Positions 28,519 to 38,337 of a stretch of DNA of 47,073 nucleotides are shown here, piece by piece; the first letter of the stretch is position 1; each line of letters starts with the position of its first letter. The notes beneath the pieces are model-generated. The model was not told the origin of the DNA. It made no database searches and saw only the letters and a program-made list of their open reading frames with translations. The translations under genes and the position numbers were made by a program. This stretch comes from Desulfurivibrio sp. Lineage in GTDB: Bacteria > Desulfobacterota > Desulfobulbia > Desulfobulbales > Desulfurivibrionaceae. The stretch spans positions 1 through 47,073 of the forward strand of contig VMSS01000125.1 in assembly GCA_013791995.1 (NCBI GenBank), given 5' to 3'.

Positions 28519-29400
28519 ATGAATGCCACAAACGATGTTTTGATTGTCCGGGTTAAAGACGGCCAGGAAGAAGAACTGATCGACCAGGTTGCCTCGGAGA
28601 CGGCCTTTACCCTTTTTGTAAACAACCAGATCCTGGTTTCGCTCCTCTGTTCGCCCAATGAACTGGACACCATGGCCATTGGTTTCCTGCTCTCTGAAGG
28701 TATTATCAGGGAGCGGGATGAACTGATTGCCGTTGATGTGGATGATGAGAGTTCTTCTGTCCATGTGAAACTGAAGAACCTGCCCGACAACTGGGAAAGC
28801 CTTTTCCATAAAAAGACCATCACCTCGGGCTGTGGCCAGGGCGTCACTTTTTCCGATGCCAAGAATCTTCAGCCTATCCGACGCTTGTCCCGGCCTTTCA
28901 GGCTCAGCTCGGATGATATGCGGGTGTTGCTGGGAAATTTCAGAAATATTTCCGATCTCTATGTGAAAACCGGGGGAGTGCACAGTGCCGCCTTTACCGA
29001 TGGCAAGAAACTGCTGCTCTTCTCCGAAGATATCGGCCGGCACAATGCGGTGGATAAATTGATCGGCAAGGCCTTTCTTACCGGTATGCGCATGGACGAC
29101 AAAATGCTGCTTTCAAGCGGCAGGATTTCAGGCGAAATAATGACCAAGGTGATACGTAATCACATCCCTGTTCTGATCAGCCGAACCGCCCCGACCTGCA
29201 TGTCGGTGACCCATGCTGAAAACAACGGCGTGACCCTTATCGGTTTTGCCAGGGGCACCAGAATGAATATTTATAGCCATCCCCAGAATATTGTTATTGA
29301 TCAGGCCGAAGTCGATACACCATGCGAGAAGAAAAAAAACTGCCACCGGTGCCAGGAAAAAAACCAGGCCCCACGGCTTCATGAAGTTGTAAACGGATGA
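28519..29400 (+). CDS. fdhD: Formate dehydrogenase accessory sulfurtransferase FdhD
   Basis: GFLLSEG, TSGCG, TGGVHSAA, EDIGRHNAVDK, SGRIS and TLIGFAR motifs. Confidence 0.93.
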   Translation: MNATNDVLIVRVKDGQEEELIDQVASETAFTLFVNNQILVSLLCSPNELDTMAIGFLLSEGIIRERDELIAVDVDDESSSVHVKLKNLPDNWESLFHKKTITSGCGQGVTFSDAKNLQPIRRLSRPFRLSSDDMRVLLGNFRNISDLYVKTGGVHSAAFTDGKKLLLFSEDIGRHNAVDKLIGKAFLTGMRMDDKMLLSSGRISGEIMTKVIRNHIPVLISRTAPTCMSVTHAENNGVTLIGFARGTRMNIYSHPQNIVIDQAEVDTPCEKKKNCHRCQEKNQAPRLHEVVNG

Positions 29401-29818
29401 CCTGCCCTTCAAGCTGATGGCGACAGGAAGCCGTTCTTTCCGGGCCGCCTGAACAACCATGGACACACCACAACACTTTTCACGCCCGGCAGCGGCATCC
29501 TCCGCTTGCAGCCTTTTTTCAACAAAGACCTCGTAATCCTTTCCCTGCAACTCCTTGCCGAAAAGCACAGCCCTGCCCACCCGTCGGATCAAACCCCGAA
29601 AATAAGCGGAAGTGTAGAAACTGATTACCAAGGGCACTCTCCGCCGATTCCGTTGGAGCCCCACACCAATCACAACCTTATTGGCACGGAGCGTAATACC
29701 CAACGGATCACGCAGTATAACGGATCGGACGGCACGTCGCCTTTGCACTCAAACTTCGTGCGCATCATAGCCTTCGTGGTACAATGGCTCCGTGAAAAAA
29801 TCCAAGAAGGAGCAATCC

Positions 29819-30448
29819 ATGAAGCTTGAAGTTCCGGTTATCGGCATTTTGCGGGGCATTAGTGGCGATTTCTTCGGCGAGGTCATGCAGATTTCCTTTC
29901 TGGCCGGACTTAAGGCCATTGAAATCACCATGAACACCCCGGATGCCGAAAATATTGTTCGGGAATACCGGTCAGCCGTACCCGAAGGAAAGGTGCTGGG
30001 CATGGGCACCATCCGCAATCTCGAGGAAGCCCGACGGGCTGTGGATGCCGGGGCCATGTTTCTCGTTACTCCCAATCTGGACACCCGGGTGATCAAGTAT
30101 GCCAAGGACGAAGGCATTCCCATAGTGGCCGGAGCGTTGACCCCCACCGAGGTATACACCGCCTGGTCCGCCGGAGCCGACATGGTCAAGGTTTTTCCTT
30201 GCGGGGCCATGGGCGGCCCCAAATACATCAATGACCTTCTCGGCCCCTTCGATCATCTCCGGCTCGCCGCCGTTGGCGGAGTCAATCTCGCCAATCTCGA
30301 GGAATATTTTACCGCAGGCGCCGCAGCGGTGGGGGTATCTTCCAGCCTCTTCGGCGACAAGGCCTTGCGGGAGAAGAACCTTGACCAGATTCGACAAAAC
30401 GTAAAAAAATTCATTGAGCATTGCCCCGTCGAAAAAGATCGGGTATGA
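29819..30448 (+). CDS. eda: KDPG/KHG aldolase family protein
   Basis: AIEITMNT, GMGT, GALTPTEV, VKVFP and VGGV motifs. Confidence 0.88.
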   Translation: MKLEVPVIGILRGISGDFFGEVMQISFLAGLKAIEITMNTPDAENIVREYRSAVPEGKVLGMGTIRNLEEARRAVDAGAMFLVTPNLDTRVIKYAKDEGIPIVAGALTPTEVYTAWSAGADMVKVFPCGAMGGPKYINDLLGPFDHLRLAAVGGVNLANLEEYFTAGAAAVGVSSSLFGDKALREKNLDQIRQNVKKFIEHCPVEKDRV

Positions 30449-30649
30449 TCCCCACCTTTACTTGGTAAATCTACGTCTTTTTATAACTGTCCAGCTTGGT
30501 GTAAAAAACGAAAAACGAATCGGACCTGTGACTGTTCAACAGCGCGGCAAAGGCCTGAGAGCCATACACCGGTATGTGACAGACCGATAACAGCGAAGCA
30601 GATGTGGTGCTATTGAACAGTTACCGTCTTTTTCAAGGAGACTTTCCCC

Positions 30650-31594
30650 ATGTTCAGACCGGAAATTAAAGTTATTGACTGCACTGTCCGCGACGGCGGC
30701 TTGATGAACAAATGGCAGTTTGACGATACTTTTGTCAAGCAGGTGTACCATGCCCTTGCCGATGCCGGGGTCGATTACATGGAAATCGGCTATCTCAGTT
30801 CCGAATCCGCTTTTGACCGAAAAGAAGTAGGCCCCTGGCGCTTCTGCGGCGAAAAAGACCTGCAGCGCATCATTGGGGATTCGGAAAAGAGAATCAAGCT
30901 CTCGGCCATGGCGGATATCGGCAGGATCGACTACGATGACATCCCGGTTCGCTCGGAAGGCTCGCTGGACATGATCCGGGTAGCCTGCTATGTCCACCAG
31001 ATCGACAAGGCCGCCGACCTGGCCCACCACTGCATGGACAAAGGGTACGAGACCACGATCAACCTGATGGCGGTTTCCACCGTGGGCCCCCGCGACCTGG
31101 AAGAGGGGCTCAACGACCTGGCCAAGTGCCGGGTTCCGGTGATCTATCTGGTGGACAGCTTTGGCGCCTTTTATTCCGAAGATATTGAGGTATTGGCCAA
31201 GATGTACATGGAGCGGATGCCTGAAAAAACCATCGGCATCCATGCCCACAACAACCAGCAATTGGCCTTTGCCAACACCATCTCCTCCATCATCTGCGGG
31301 ATCAACTATCTGGACGCCACCCTGTACGGCATTGGCCGCGGCGCTGGAAACTGCCCCCTGGAGCTGCTGCTTTCCTTCCTGAAAAATCCGAAATTCCGGG
31401 TTCGCCCCGTGATCAAGGTCATTGAGGAGCAAATCCTGCCCTGGCGGGAAAAGATCGACTGGGGATATTTCATCCCCTACATGGTTTCCGGAGTTCTCAA
31501 CCAGCATCCCCGTGAAGCCATGGCCTGCATGGAGTCCGACAAGAAAAATCAGGTCACCGAATTTTATGACCAGATGACCAGCGCTGCGACCTGA
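30650..31594 (+). CDS. DRE-TIM (HMGL-like) aldolase catalytic-domain protein
   Basis: DCTVRDGG, VDSFG, GIHAHNNQQLA and GIGRGAGN motifs. Confidence 0.85.
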   Translation: MFRPEIKVIDCTVRDGGLMNKWQFDDTFVKQVYHALADAGVDYMEIGYLSSESAFDRKEVGPWRFCGEKDLQRIIGDSEKRIKLSAMADIGRIDYDDIPVRSEGSLDMIRVACYVHQIDKAADLAHHCMDKGYETTINLMAVSTVGPRDLEEGLNDLAKCRVPVIYLVDSFGAFYSEDIEVLAKMYMERMPEKTIGIHAHNNQQLAFANTISSIICGINYLDATLYGIGRGAGNCPLELLLSFLKNPKFRVRPVIKVIEEQILPWREKIDWGYFIPYMVSGVLNQHPREAMACMESDKKNQVTEFYDQMTSAAT

Positions 31595-31620
31595 AGCTGA
31601 TCTTCTTCATAATCGATTTC

Positions 31621-31657
31621 AAAAAGGCAGTCCCGCGACATGGGCCTGCCTTTTTTT
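31621..31657. terminator. Intrinsic terminator, potentially bidirectional
   Basis: AAAAAGGCAGTCCC-gcgacat-GGGCCTGCCTTTTTTT. Confidence 0.8.
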
Positions 31658-31717
31658 ATTGCCGCCATCCCTCGTTTTTCTGCATATAATAAAGAAAAAG
31701 TACCAGAGGAGGCCACC

Positions 31718-32206
31718 ATGCGTATCCGAACTGACCATCACCTTCCATGTCGACTCATCGCACTTCTCGCCCTGCTCCTGGCTGCTACCGCCTGCGGCAG
31801 ACCGGAATATATGTTCCATGCGGATATGCGCATCAGCGATGCCCTGGAATCGTATCGCCCCCTGCCGGGGTACACCTACTACTACAGTGGTCCGGAGGAT
31901 TTCCCCCTGGCCATCCTGGGGATCAGGCCTGAATACCAGCTGAAAAAACAGTTTTGGATTCCAGTGGATCTGACGGAAAAGAAGCTGCAGGACTGGATGG
32001 AGCTCATCGACAACCCCCATCGCGGCATAAAGTCCAGATACCACGGCAAGGTGATCCGCACACCGGAAGGAGAGGAGATCGGCATCTGGTACTCGCCCCA
32101 GGAATGGAGCACAGTCAGAGTGGGGCCAGACCGGGAAGTTATCATCTACACCCCGCCAAACACCCTCTATAACAGGATAATCGGCAACCCTCGGGATTTC
32201 CCCTGA
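31718..32206 (+). CDS. Hypothetical lipoprotein
   Basis: GGAGG RBS, lipobox-like LLLAATAC, and YYYSGP...P.AILGI...IGIWYS. Confidence 0.75.
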   Translation: MRIRTDHHLPCRLIALLALLLAATACGRPEYMFHADMRISDALESYRPLPGYTYYYSGPEDFPLAILGIRPEYQLKKQFWIPVDLTEKKLQDWMELIDNPHRGIKSRYHGKVIRTPEGEEIGIWYSPQEWSTVRVGPDREVIIYTPPNTLYNRIIGNPRDFP

Positions 32207-32228
32207 GCATTAACCGAAAGAGACCATC

Positions 32229-32744
32229 GTGACACCCAACGGAATTGAACTAACCACAGAGGATATCACCACCCTGGCGGTGGAGAGTATTGTCAACGCT
32301 GCCAACAACTCCCTCCTTGGCGGCGGCGGGGTTGACGGCGCCATCCACCGAGCCGCCGGGCCGGAGTTGCTCGCGGAATGCCGAAAACTGGGGGGCTGTC
32401 CGACCGGCGAAGCGCGAATCACCAAAGGCTACAAGTTGCCGGCCACCTGGGTCATCCATACGGTGGGGCCGGTATGGCACGGCGGGACACAGGGAGAACC
32501 GGAACTGCTGGCTCATTGCTACCGCAATTGTTTTTCCCTTGTCCGTGAATACGGCCTCAGGAGTATTGCTTTTCCCGCGATCAGCACCGGCGTTTACGGG
32601 TATCCTAAAGAAAAGGCGGCCCGCATTGCCGTCCGGGAAGCACGCCGGTATCTGGCAGAAAACGAAAACCCCGCCGCCATCCTCTTCGTCTGCTTTAACG
32701 ATGCAACACGGATGGCGTACCACAATGTCCTGACTATATCCTAA
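32229..32744 (+). CDS. ymdB: Macrodomain O-acetyl-ADP-ribose deacetylase (YmdB-like)
   Basis: [25 protein letters not shown] and [12 protein letters not shown]. Confidence 0.92.
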   Translation: MTPNGIELTTEDITTLAVESIVNAANNSLLGGGGVDGAIHRAAGPELLAECRKLGGCPTGEARITKGYKLPATWVIHTVGPVWHGGTQGEPELLAHCYRNCFSLVREYGLRSIAFPAISTGVYGYPKEKAARIAVREARRYLAENENPAAILFVCFNDATRMAYHNVLTIS

Positions 32745-32968
32745 GCCTCCGCCTTTGCGACAAGTTCCAAAACCTCTCCCCCAAACTCCACCAGATCCCC
32801 AGGCACAAGCTGACGGCCACGACGGGTATCAACCTCGCCGTTGACCTTTGCCTCGCCCTCCCTAATACGGAGTTTGGCCTCGCCGCCGGTCTCAACCACC
32901 CCTGCCAGCTTGAGAAACTGCCCAAGCCGAATAACCCCGTCACGAACTGCTATCTGCTGTCTGCCCAT
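32741..32968 (-). CDS. S4-domain RNA-binding protein (YaaA/YbcJ-like)
   Basis: [18 protein letters not shown]...[13 protein letters not shown]. Confidence 0.9.
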   Translation of the reverse strand: MGRQQIAVRDGVIRLGQFLKLAGVVETGGEAKLRIREGEAKVNGEVDTRRGRQLVPGDLVEFGGEVLELVAKAEA

Positions 32969-32986
32969 TGTTGCGTATTCCTTGTC

Positions 32987-33307
32987 TTAAAACGGCGGGG
33001 CGATGGTCACCAGGATCCGCAGATCGGTATGCGCCCGGACGCCATGGGGTTCGTTGATATCACAAAGCAGCAGATCACCGGCCTGGGCCGGAATAGCCTG
33101 CTCATCCTTGCCGAGAAACTCCCCTGTTCCCTCCAGCACCTGAATGGAGAGCTGGCCTTCGGTATCATGGGAATGCACCGGAAAAACCTGTCCGGCGCTA
33201 AGATTGAAGTTCAGGATCCTGAACCAGGGGGAATCGTGGAGCAGCACCTTTTTCATGCTTTTGCTGTCAAAAATTCTGGTTTCGTTAAGACTTTTTTTCT
33301 CCATCAT
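32987..33307 (-). CDS. Cupin-domain protein
   Basis: GQVFPVHSH, VLEGTGEF and EPHGVRA; AGGAGG RBS. Confidence 0.88.
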   Translation of the reverse strand: MMEKKSLNETRIFDSKSMKKVLLHDSPWFRILNFNLSAGQVFPVHSHDTEGQLSIQVLEGTGEFLGKDEQAIPAQAGDLLLCDINEPHGVRAHTDLRILVTIAPPF

Positions 33308-33353
33308 CGCAACACCTCCTGGGATCAGATTTGGATGCATCTCTTTGCTTTCC

Positions 33354-33395
33354 ATTATACAAGACAAGCGCCAAGTCATCCTTGACCTGAATCAA
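33354..33395 (-). promoter_or_regulatory. Class II Crp/Fnr-family promoter: FNR-type box plus TATAAT
   Basis: Minus strand reads TTGAT-TCAG-GTCAA (33395-33382) and TATAAT (33359-33354). The box is centred near -41.5. Confidence 0.75.
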
Positions 33396-33414
33396 AGAAC
33401 TTACGATTTTCCAT

Positions 33415-33448
33415 AAAAAAAGCCGCCATCCGAAATTCGCATGGCGGC
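33415..33448 (-). terminator. Intrinsic terminator of the M23-bactofilin unit
   Basis: Minus strand: GCCGCCAT...ATGGCGGC followed by a T7 tract. Confidence 0.8.
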
Positions 33449-33476
33449 AAGCAGACCCAGTGCTCCTGGCTGCTGA

Positions 33477-33941
33477 TTACTTGATTGCAGCACCCTTCTT
33501 TTTGGCCTGCGGTGTAGAGGCGGCTTCTTTCATCCGCAATTCCCAGTCTTCATCCGGAAGCGCAGAACCGGGCACCAGCCGTAACTCCTGACTTCGGGAC
33601 TTGATTTCCCCGTTTAAAACAGCGCCGGACTCCACGGCCAGGTCCATGGTCTCGACCTTGCCCTCGATGAAGCCACTTTTCACCACATAGAGCTTCTTGA
33701 CATTGACAGTGCCCTCAACCCGCCCGGAACAGACAAAGGTGCTGACCACAACATCCCCGGAGATTGTTCCGGTTTCGCCGAGGATAAGATACTCTCCGCT
33801 GATGTTTCCTTCGGCTTTGCCGTCAAGCCGGAGCTTGCCCTTGAACGATATGTCACCGACCAATTGCATATCCGCACCGATTACACTGGTAATCGTCTCA
33901 GATTTTGTCTCTCCGATGCCCTGCTTGTTAAAAAAACCCAT
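33477..33941 (-). CDS. Bactofilin (polymer-forming cytoskeletal protein)
   Basis: SVIGADMQLVGDISFKGKLRLDG...LAVESGAVLNG beta-helix pattern. Confidence 0.9.
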   Translation of the reverse strand: MGFFNKQGIGETKSETITSVIGADMQLVGDISFKGKLRLDGKAEGNISGEYLILGETGTISGDVVVSTFVCSGRVEGTVNVKKLYVVKSGFIEGKVETMDLAVESGAVLNGEIKSRSQELRLVPGSALPDEDWELRMKEAASTPQAKKKGAAIK

Positions 33942-34001
33942 GCCAATCACCTGCTGCGGATTTTTTAAAAAAAATACTCCGAACGGTAACTCGGAGCTGC
34001 A

Positions 34002-34871
34002 TCAATGCCCCTTTACCGCGGCAACGCGTGAATTCACCTGAATAAATTTAACCGGATCGATCTGTTTGTCCCGGTATCTTATTTCGTAATGCAAATGGGC
34101 ACCCGTGCTTCGCCCTGAATTGCCAACCAGGCCAATAACCTGCCCTCTAGACACAGTATCACCCTGCTTGACAAAATCCTGCTGAAGATGGAGATAATTG
34201 GTCTGGAATCTGTTTCCGTGATTTATTTCGATGAAATTTCCATGGCCTTTGCTGTAGCCACTGGCTATGACAACACCATCCGCCGGGGCAATGATCTTGG
34301 CCCCTCGTTTGTTTCTGATATCAACCCCGCTGTGGAACGCCGGCTGCTGATTGATGGGGTCAATCCGGTTTCCAAACTGGGAGGTAATGGTTCCCCGAAC
34401 AGGAGCCCCCAAGGGCACGGATTGGATGGCATCAAAGTAATGGTCCACCTTCAGAGTGAGGCCTTGATAAGAATCCTGCGGCTGCCGGGTAAACGGTCCA
34501 CCCGCGCCTTTGGCGCTTTCATGCACCTCAAGATTCACGCCCACCGAAGCGAGGATTGAGTCGATAACCTGGCTCTTGCGTTTTAGATCTGTCAATGCGG
34601 CGTTCAACTGGGCCTGCTGTTCCTGCTCCTGCTTGGTTGTTCGCGCCTGCATGCTTTCGTTCAAAGCGACAGTGACTGCCATATCCTGCTGCAATGTCGC
34701 AATTTTCTGACGCAAGGCGAAATTTTCTCCGGAAAAAACCAAACCGAACCCACTGCCTAATATAAGAAAACAACAAATCCCGAGCACAATCTTCAGGGTT
34801 TGTCTGGATACGGCAAACGAACGGATTTCACCGCGTTCGCCTGTTACAATGAAATGTATCTGTTTATCCAT
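34002..34871 (-). CDS. M23 family metallopeptidase with N-terminal TM helix and coiled coil
   Basis: HSGVD, YLHL and GNSGRSTGAHLHYE motifs. Confidence 0.92.
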   Translation of the reverse strand: MDKQIHFIVTGERGEIRSFAVSRQTLKIVLGICCFLILGSGFGLVFSGENFALRQKIATLQQDMAVTVALNESMQARTTKQEQEQQAQLNAALTDLKRKSQVIDSILASVGVNLEVHESAKGAGGPFTRQPQDSYQGLTLKVDHYFDAIQSVPLGAPVRGTITSQFGNRIDPINQQPAFHSGVDIRNKRGAKIIAPADGVVIASGYSKGHGNFIEINHGNRFQTNYLHLQQDFVKQGDTVSRGQVIGLVGNSGRSTGAHLHYEIRYRDKQIDPVKFIQVNSRVAAVKGH

Positions 34872-35189
34872 GCGGAAGAGGTCCCCCCTCGTTTGCGGTC
34901 TCGCTCTCAAACAGTACCCGCGCCGGCTCAAAAACCAGCCCGGCGCGTAAAACTATCTCCTCAAGAAATGGAGGAAATTCGCTGAGTCTTTCAAAAGGTT
35001 AACAGGAATGCGGCGGGCAAACCAGATTTTTTTTACCCTCCCGAAGGCGGGTGAGCCGCAACCCATTGTGCCCTTTGCCTTTGCCGGGTTATTTTTTTGT
35101 CTCTTGTCTCTTGGCACGAAAAACGATATGCATATCTCAATAGGTGCAATGTTTTCATCCGTACTTCTTTTTCCCCATTACAAAAAATC

Positions 35190-35729
35190 ATGCGCAAACC
35201 GAACCGCTCCCCTCGTCAATCAGGCTCCGTTATCAAGAACCCGGAGGGGAAAACAAAAACACAGTCCATCCGAAAATTGACGGTCAACGATGACTTGGGC
35301 GTCCTTTTCTCCCCTGACCCGGAGAATACCAATCCGCAGAGCTTTGTCAGCGCACTGGCAAACGGGATACCCTCCTCGACCCTTGACGAAATCCTTACGG
35401 AAAAAGAAGAACTGCCAACCGCAGCCCAGTCGCTGCAGGCCGCAATAAGAAACTCCCCACCGCCCCAGGACCAACTCGACCTCCATGGCTGCACCGCCTG
35501 GGAAGCGGAAACAAAGACGGAGAATTTTCTGATCCGGGCCACGCACAATCATCTGAAAACCGTCCTGGTCATAACCGGCAAAGGCCTCCATTCCCCGGAA
35601 GGCTCCGTGCTCAAGGACGTCATTGAAACCCGGCTCAAGATCATGAAAAACAATGGGGTGATCCTCGCCTATCTCTGGGAAAAAAAGAACAGGGAAAAAA
35701 GCGGGGCGCTCCTGGTGTATCTGCCCTGA
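35190..35729 (+). CDS. Smr-domain protein (start uncertain)
   Basis: QLDLHG, VITGKGLHS and SGALLVYL motifs. Confidence 0.85.
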   Translation: MRKPNRSPRQSGSVIKNPEGKTKTQSIRKLTVNDDLGVLFSPDPENTNPQSFVSALANGIPSSTLDEILTEKEELPTAAQSLQAAIRNSPPPQDQLDLHGCTAWEAETKTENFLIRATHNHLKTVLVITGKGLHSPEGSVLKDVIETRLKIMKNNGVILAYLWEKKNREKSGALLVYLP

Positions 35730-35752
35730 AACCCAAGACAAGGACTCATACC

Positions 35753-35971
35753 ATGCCCCTCCATCAGGTCACAGTTTTCAGCCCCTTTCCCTTTGTCATC
35801 GGTCAGAAAATCAATATTGCAGGGGGGCCGCGCGGCGGAGACTGGCTGGTAATCGGCCTGAGTGAGCGCAAAGTCCAGCTCAGATGCCCGGTTTCCGGTC
35901 GCGAGGTGGAGTGGGATCGCTTCTGTTATCTCAGCGAAACCCGTGAGCAGGAATGGCCCATGCCGCATTGA
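35753..35971 (+). CDS. Hypothetical small protein
   Basis: AAGGA RBS; 72-aa ORF filling the gap, with globular composition (GDWLVIG...LRCPVSGREVEW). Confidence 0.7.
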   Translation: MPLHQVTVFSPFPFVIGQKINIAGGPRGGDWLVIGLSERKVQLRCPVSGREVEWDRFCYLSETREQEWPMPH

Positions 35972-36084
35972 CATTTTCAAACCGCCCACCCTTGACTTGC
36001 AAGCAGCCCGAATTATATTCCCTGACACCCGCCGGGCCTTGTGCTCGGCTGAACAAGCAAAAAATTACGGATTGAGGATCACCT

Positions 36085-36933
36085 ATGGGAAACACCCTGA
36101 AAACAGGCATGCTGATGGCTGCCTTGACCGCCCTCTTCATGGTGGCAGGCCAAGCCATGGGCGGGCAAAGCGGCATGACCGTAGCCCTGCTCCTGGCCAT
36201 CGCCATGAATTTTTTCGCCTACTGGTTCAGCGACACACTGGCCCTGAAGATGAGCAAGGCCCGGGAGGTGGATCAAACCGAGGCGCCGGAACTGCACACC
36301 CTGGTCGCCGGGCTTGCTGCGCGGGCCGAACTCCCCAAACCCCGCATCTATATCATGGAAAGCGATACGCCAAATGCCTTTGCCACCGGCAGAAACCCAG
36401 CCCATGCCGCAGTGGCCGTCACGCAAGGGTTGCTGGCCATTCTCAACCGCGAAGAGTTGGAAGGCGTTCTCGCCCACGAACTGGCCCATATTAAAAACCG
36501 AGACATCCTGATCAGCTCCATGGCAGCGGTCATGGCCGGAGCCATCAGCTCCCTTGCCACCATGACCCAGTGGGCCATGATTTTCGGGATGGGCAGGAGT
36601 TCGGATGACGAAGACAGCGGAGGCGGAATGATCGGGTCAATCGTGATGATGATCGTCGCCCCCATTGCGGCCGCCCTGATCCAGATGGCTATTTCCCGCA
36701 ACCGTGAATATCTGGCCGACTCCACCGGCGCCCGGATCTGCGGCAGACCCGCCTCTCTGGCCAGCGCCCTTCAGCGTCTGGAAGATTCCAATCACCGCCA
36801 TCCCATGAAGGTTAATCCGGCCACCGCCCAAATGTATATCGTCAACCCGCTCTCCGGCGGGACCATGGCCAACCTGTTCAGCACCCATCCGCCCATACAG
36901 GAACGGATCCGACGCCTTCTCGCCACCGGTTGA
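36085..36933 (+). CDS. htpX: Zinc metalloprotease HtpX
   Basis: PNAFATGR, HELAH, SRNREYLAD and FSTHPP..ERI motifs. Confidence 0.95.
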   Translation: MGNTLKTGMLMAALTALFMVAGQAMGGQSGMTVALLLAIAMNFFAYWFSDTLALKMSKAREVDQTEAPELHTLVAGLAARAELPKPRIYIMESDTPNAFATGRNPAHAAVAVTQGLLAILNREELEGVLAHELAHIKNRDILISSMAAVMAGAISSLATMTQWAMIFGMGRSSDDEDSGGGMIGSIVMMIVAPIAAALIQMAISRNREYLADSTGARICGRPASLASALQRLEDSNHRHPMKVNPATAQMYIVNPLSGGTMANLFSTHPPIQERIRRLLATG

Positions 36934-36936
36934 ACC

Positions 36937-37551
36937 ATGCCCAACACTCCTGTTATCTCAACGATTCTCTTCGACTATGGCGGGGTCCTGGCCGAAGAGG
37001 GCTTCACCCAAGGGCTTTCGGTCATAGCCAGGGAAAACGGGCTTGATCCGTCCCTTTTTGTTCGTACTGCGACCGAGATCATCTACGACTGCGGCTATGT
37101 GACCGGCAAAAACACCGAGCATGCCTACTGGGAGCTGCTCCGCAGCCAAACCGGCATCACAGCCGAAGACCAACCCCTGACCGAAGCAATCCTCAGCCGC
37201 TTCACCCTGCGGCCGAATATGCTTGTTGCGGTCCGTACTCTGAAAAAACAGGGGGTGACGCCGGTCATCCTCAGCGACCAGACCGACTGGCTCGACCGCC
37301 TCAATCAGCGGCAGCCGTTTTTTCAGGAGTTCACCCGAGTTTTCAACAGCTATCATCTCGGAAAGACCAAACGCGAGCCAAGTCTATTCACCGACATCCT
37401 CTCGGTCCTGCAGGTCGAAGCCGGGCAAACCCTTTTTGTCGACGACAATCCCGGCCACATTGACAGGGCAACAGCCCTTGGCCTGCAAACCCATCTGTTC
37501 CGGAACGAAGAGCTGTTTTTTGCAGACCTTGCCCGCCGCGGGCTTGCCTGA
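36937..37551 (+). CDS. HAD-family phosphatase
   Basis: LFDYGGVL, ILSD, GKTK and LFVDD motifs. Confidence 0.85.
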   Translation: MPNTPVISTILFDYGGVLAEEGFTQGLSVIARENGLDPSLFVRTATEIIYDCGYVTGKNTEHAYWELLRSQTGITAEDQPLTEAILSRFTLRPNMLVAVRTLKKQGVTPVILSDQTDWLDRLNQRQPFFQEFTRVFNSYHLGKTKREPSLFTDILSVLQVEAGQTLFVDDNPGHIDRATALGLQTHLFRNEELFFADLARRGLA

Positions 37552-37588
37552 ATCCGCCCTGAAATATCTGACAAGAGGAAACGACGCC

Positions 37589-37957
37589 ATGCTGGATCAT
37601 AAAAAACTTGCCGTCATCCATATTGTCAAAAAGGAGTTGGAGATAAGCGACCAAGAATACCGCGACACCATGGAAAAAATCGCGGGAGTCCGCTCGGCCA
37701 AGGAGCTGGACGAGCCCGGCTTTCAAAGGCTCATGCGCTATTTTACCAGAAGTCGGCATTATCGGGCCAGCCGGGAAGGCATTACCTTCCGGCAGAGGAT
37801 GTACATCAAGCATCTTTTGGAAGATCTTGCCTGGGACGCAACGCATTGCGCCAATTTTTTAAAAAAATATTACAAGACTTCCGAGATAGGGACCCTTTCA
37901 AAAAAAGAGGCCAGCAAGGTGATCGAATCACTGAAACATATTCTGGCCGGACGGTAA
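37589..37957 (+). CDS. Mu GemA/Gp16-like (DUF1018) protein
   Basis: LAVIHIVKKEL...EYRD...GVRSAKEL and ASKVIESLK; GAGG RBS. Confidence 0.75.
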   Translation: MLDHKKLAVIHIVKKELEISDQEYRDTMEKIAGVRSAKELDEPGFQRLMRYFTRSRHYRASREGITFRQRMYIKHLLEDLAWDATHCANFLKKYYKTSEIGTLSKKEASKVIESLKHILAGR

Positions 37958-37979
37958 CGATGAGGAAAAGAGGACAACA

Positions 37980-38330
37980 ATGACAGCTTTCAGAAATGAA
38001 TGGGACCTGAGCATGGCCCTGCAGGTGATGCACAGCGAGAACGTGGACGGCAAAATCTGGGCCGAGGCGGTCAAATGGCTGTTTCTCTTTGGCCCCCCGA
38101 CAATCCGGGAGATGATCAGTCAGGCTTCGAGCATGGCCACCGGCGAGTTTTTCCCGGAGCTGTCCCCCATCGGATATACCGACCAAGGGGAACCGCTATA
38201 CGACATCAAAAAACTTGCGGAAAGCTTGGGAATGAGTGAAGAGGAAGCCTTGGCCAAGATGGCGGAACTGGAAGCGGAACACGACATCCAGAGTCTTTAC
38301 GACAAACCGGAAGCGCATAAAATCCAGTAG
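37980..38330 (+). CDS. Hypothetical protein
   Basis: GAGGA RBS; 116-aa acidic ORF with C-terminal YDIKKLAESLGMSEEE (HTH-like). Confidence 0.7.
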   Translation: MTAFRNEWDLSMALQVMHSENVDGKIWAEAVKWLFLFGPPTIREMISQASSMATGEFFPELSPIGYTDQGEPLYDIKKLAESLGMSEEEALAKMAELEAEHDIQSLYDKPEAHKIQ

Positions 38331-38337
38331 CCTGAAC

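Noticed and set aside
29401-29818. ORFs in the fdhD-eda gap (29506-29829 and 29128-29748)
   Set aside because: No RBS or motifs, and they overlap real genes. I treated the region as intergenic.
34990-35100. GGGCAAACC-containing stretch as a c-di-GMP-I riboswitch
   Set aside because: The GNRA-capped P2 stem and downstream GCAAAGC elements could not be found.
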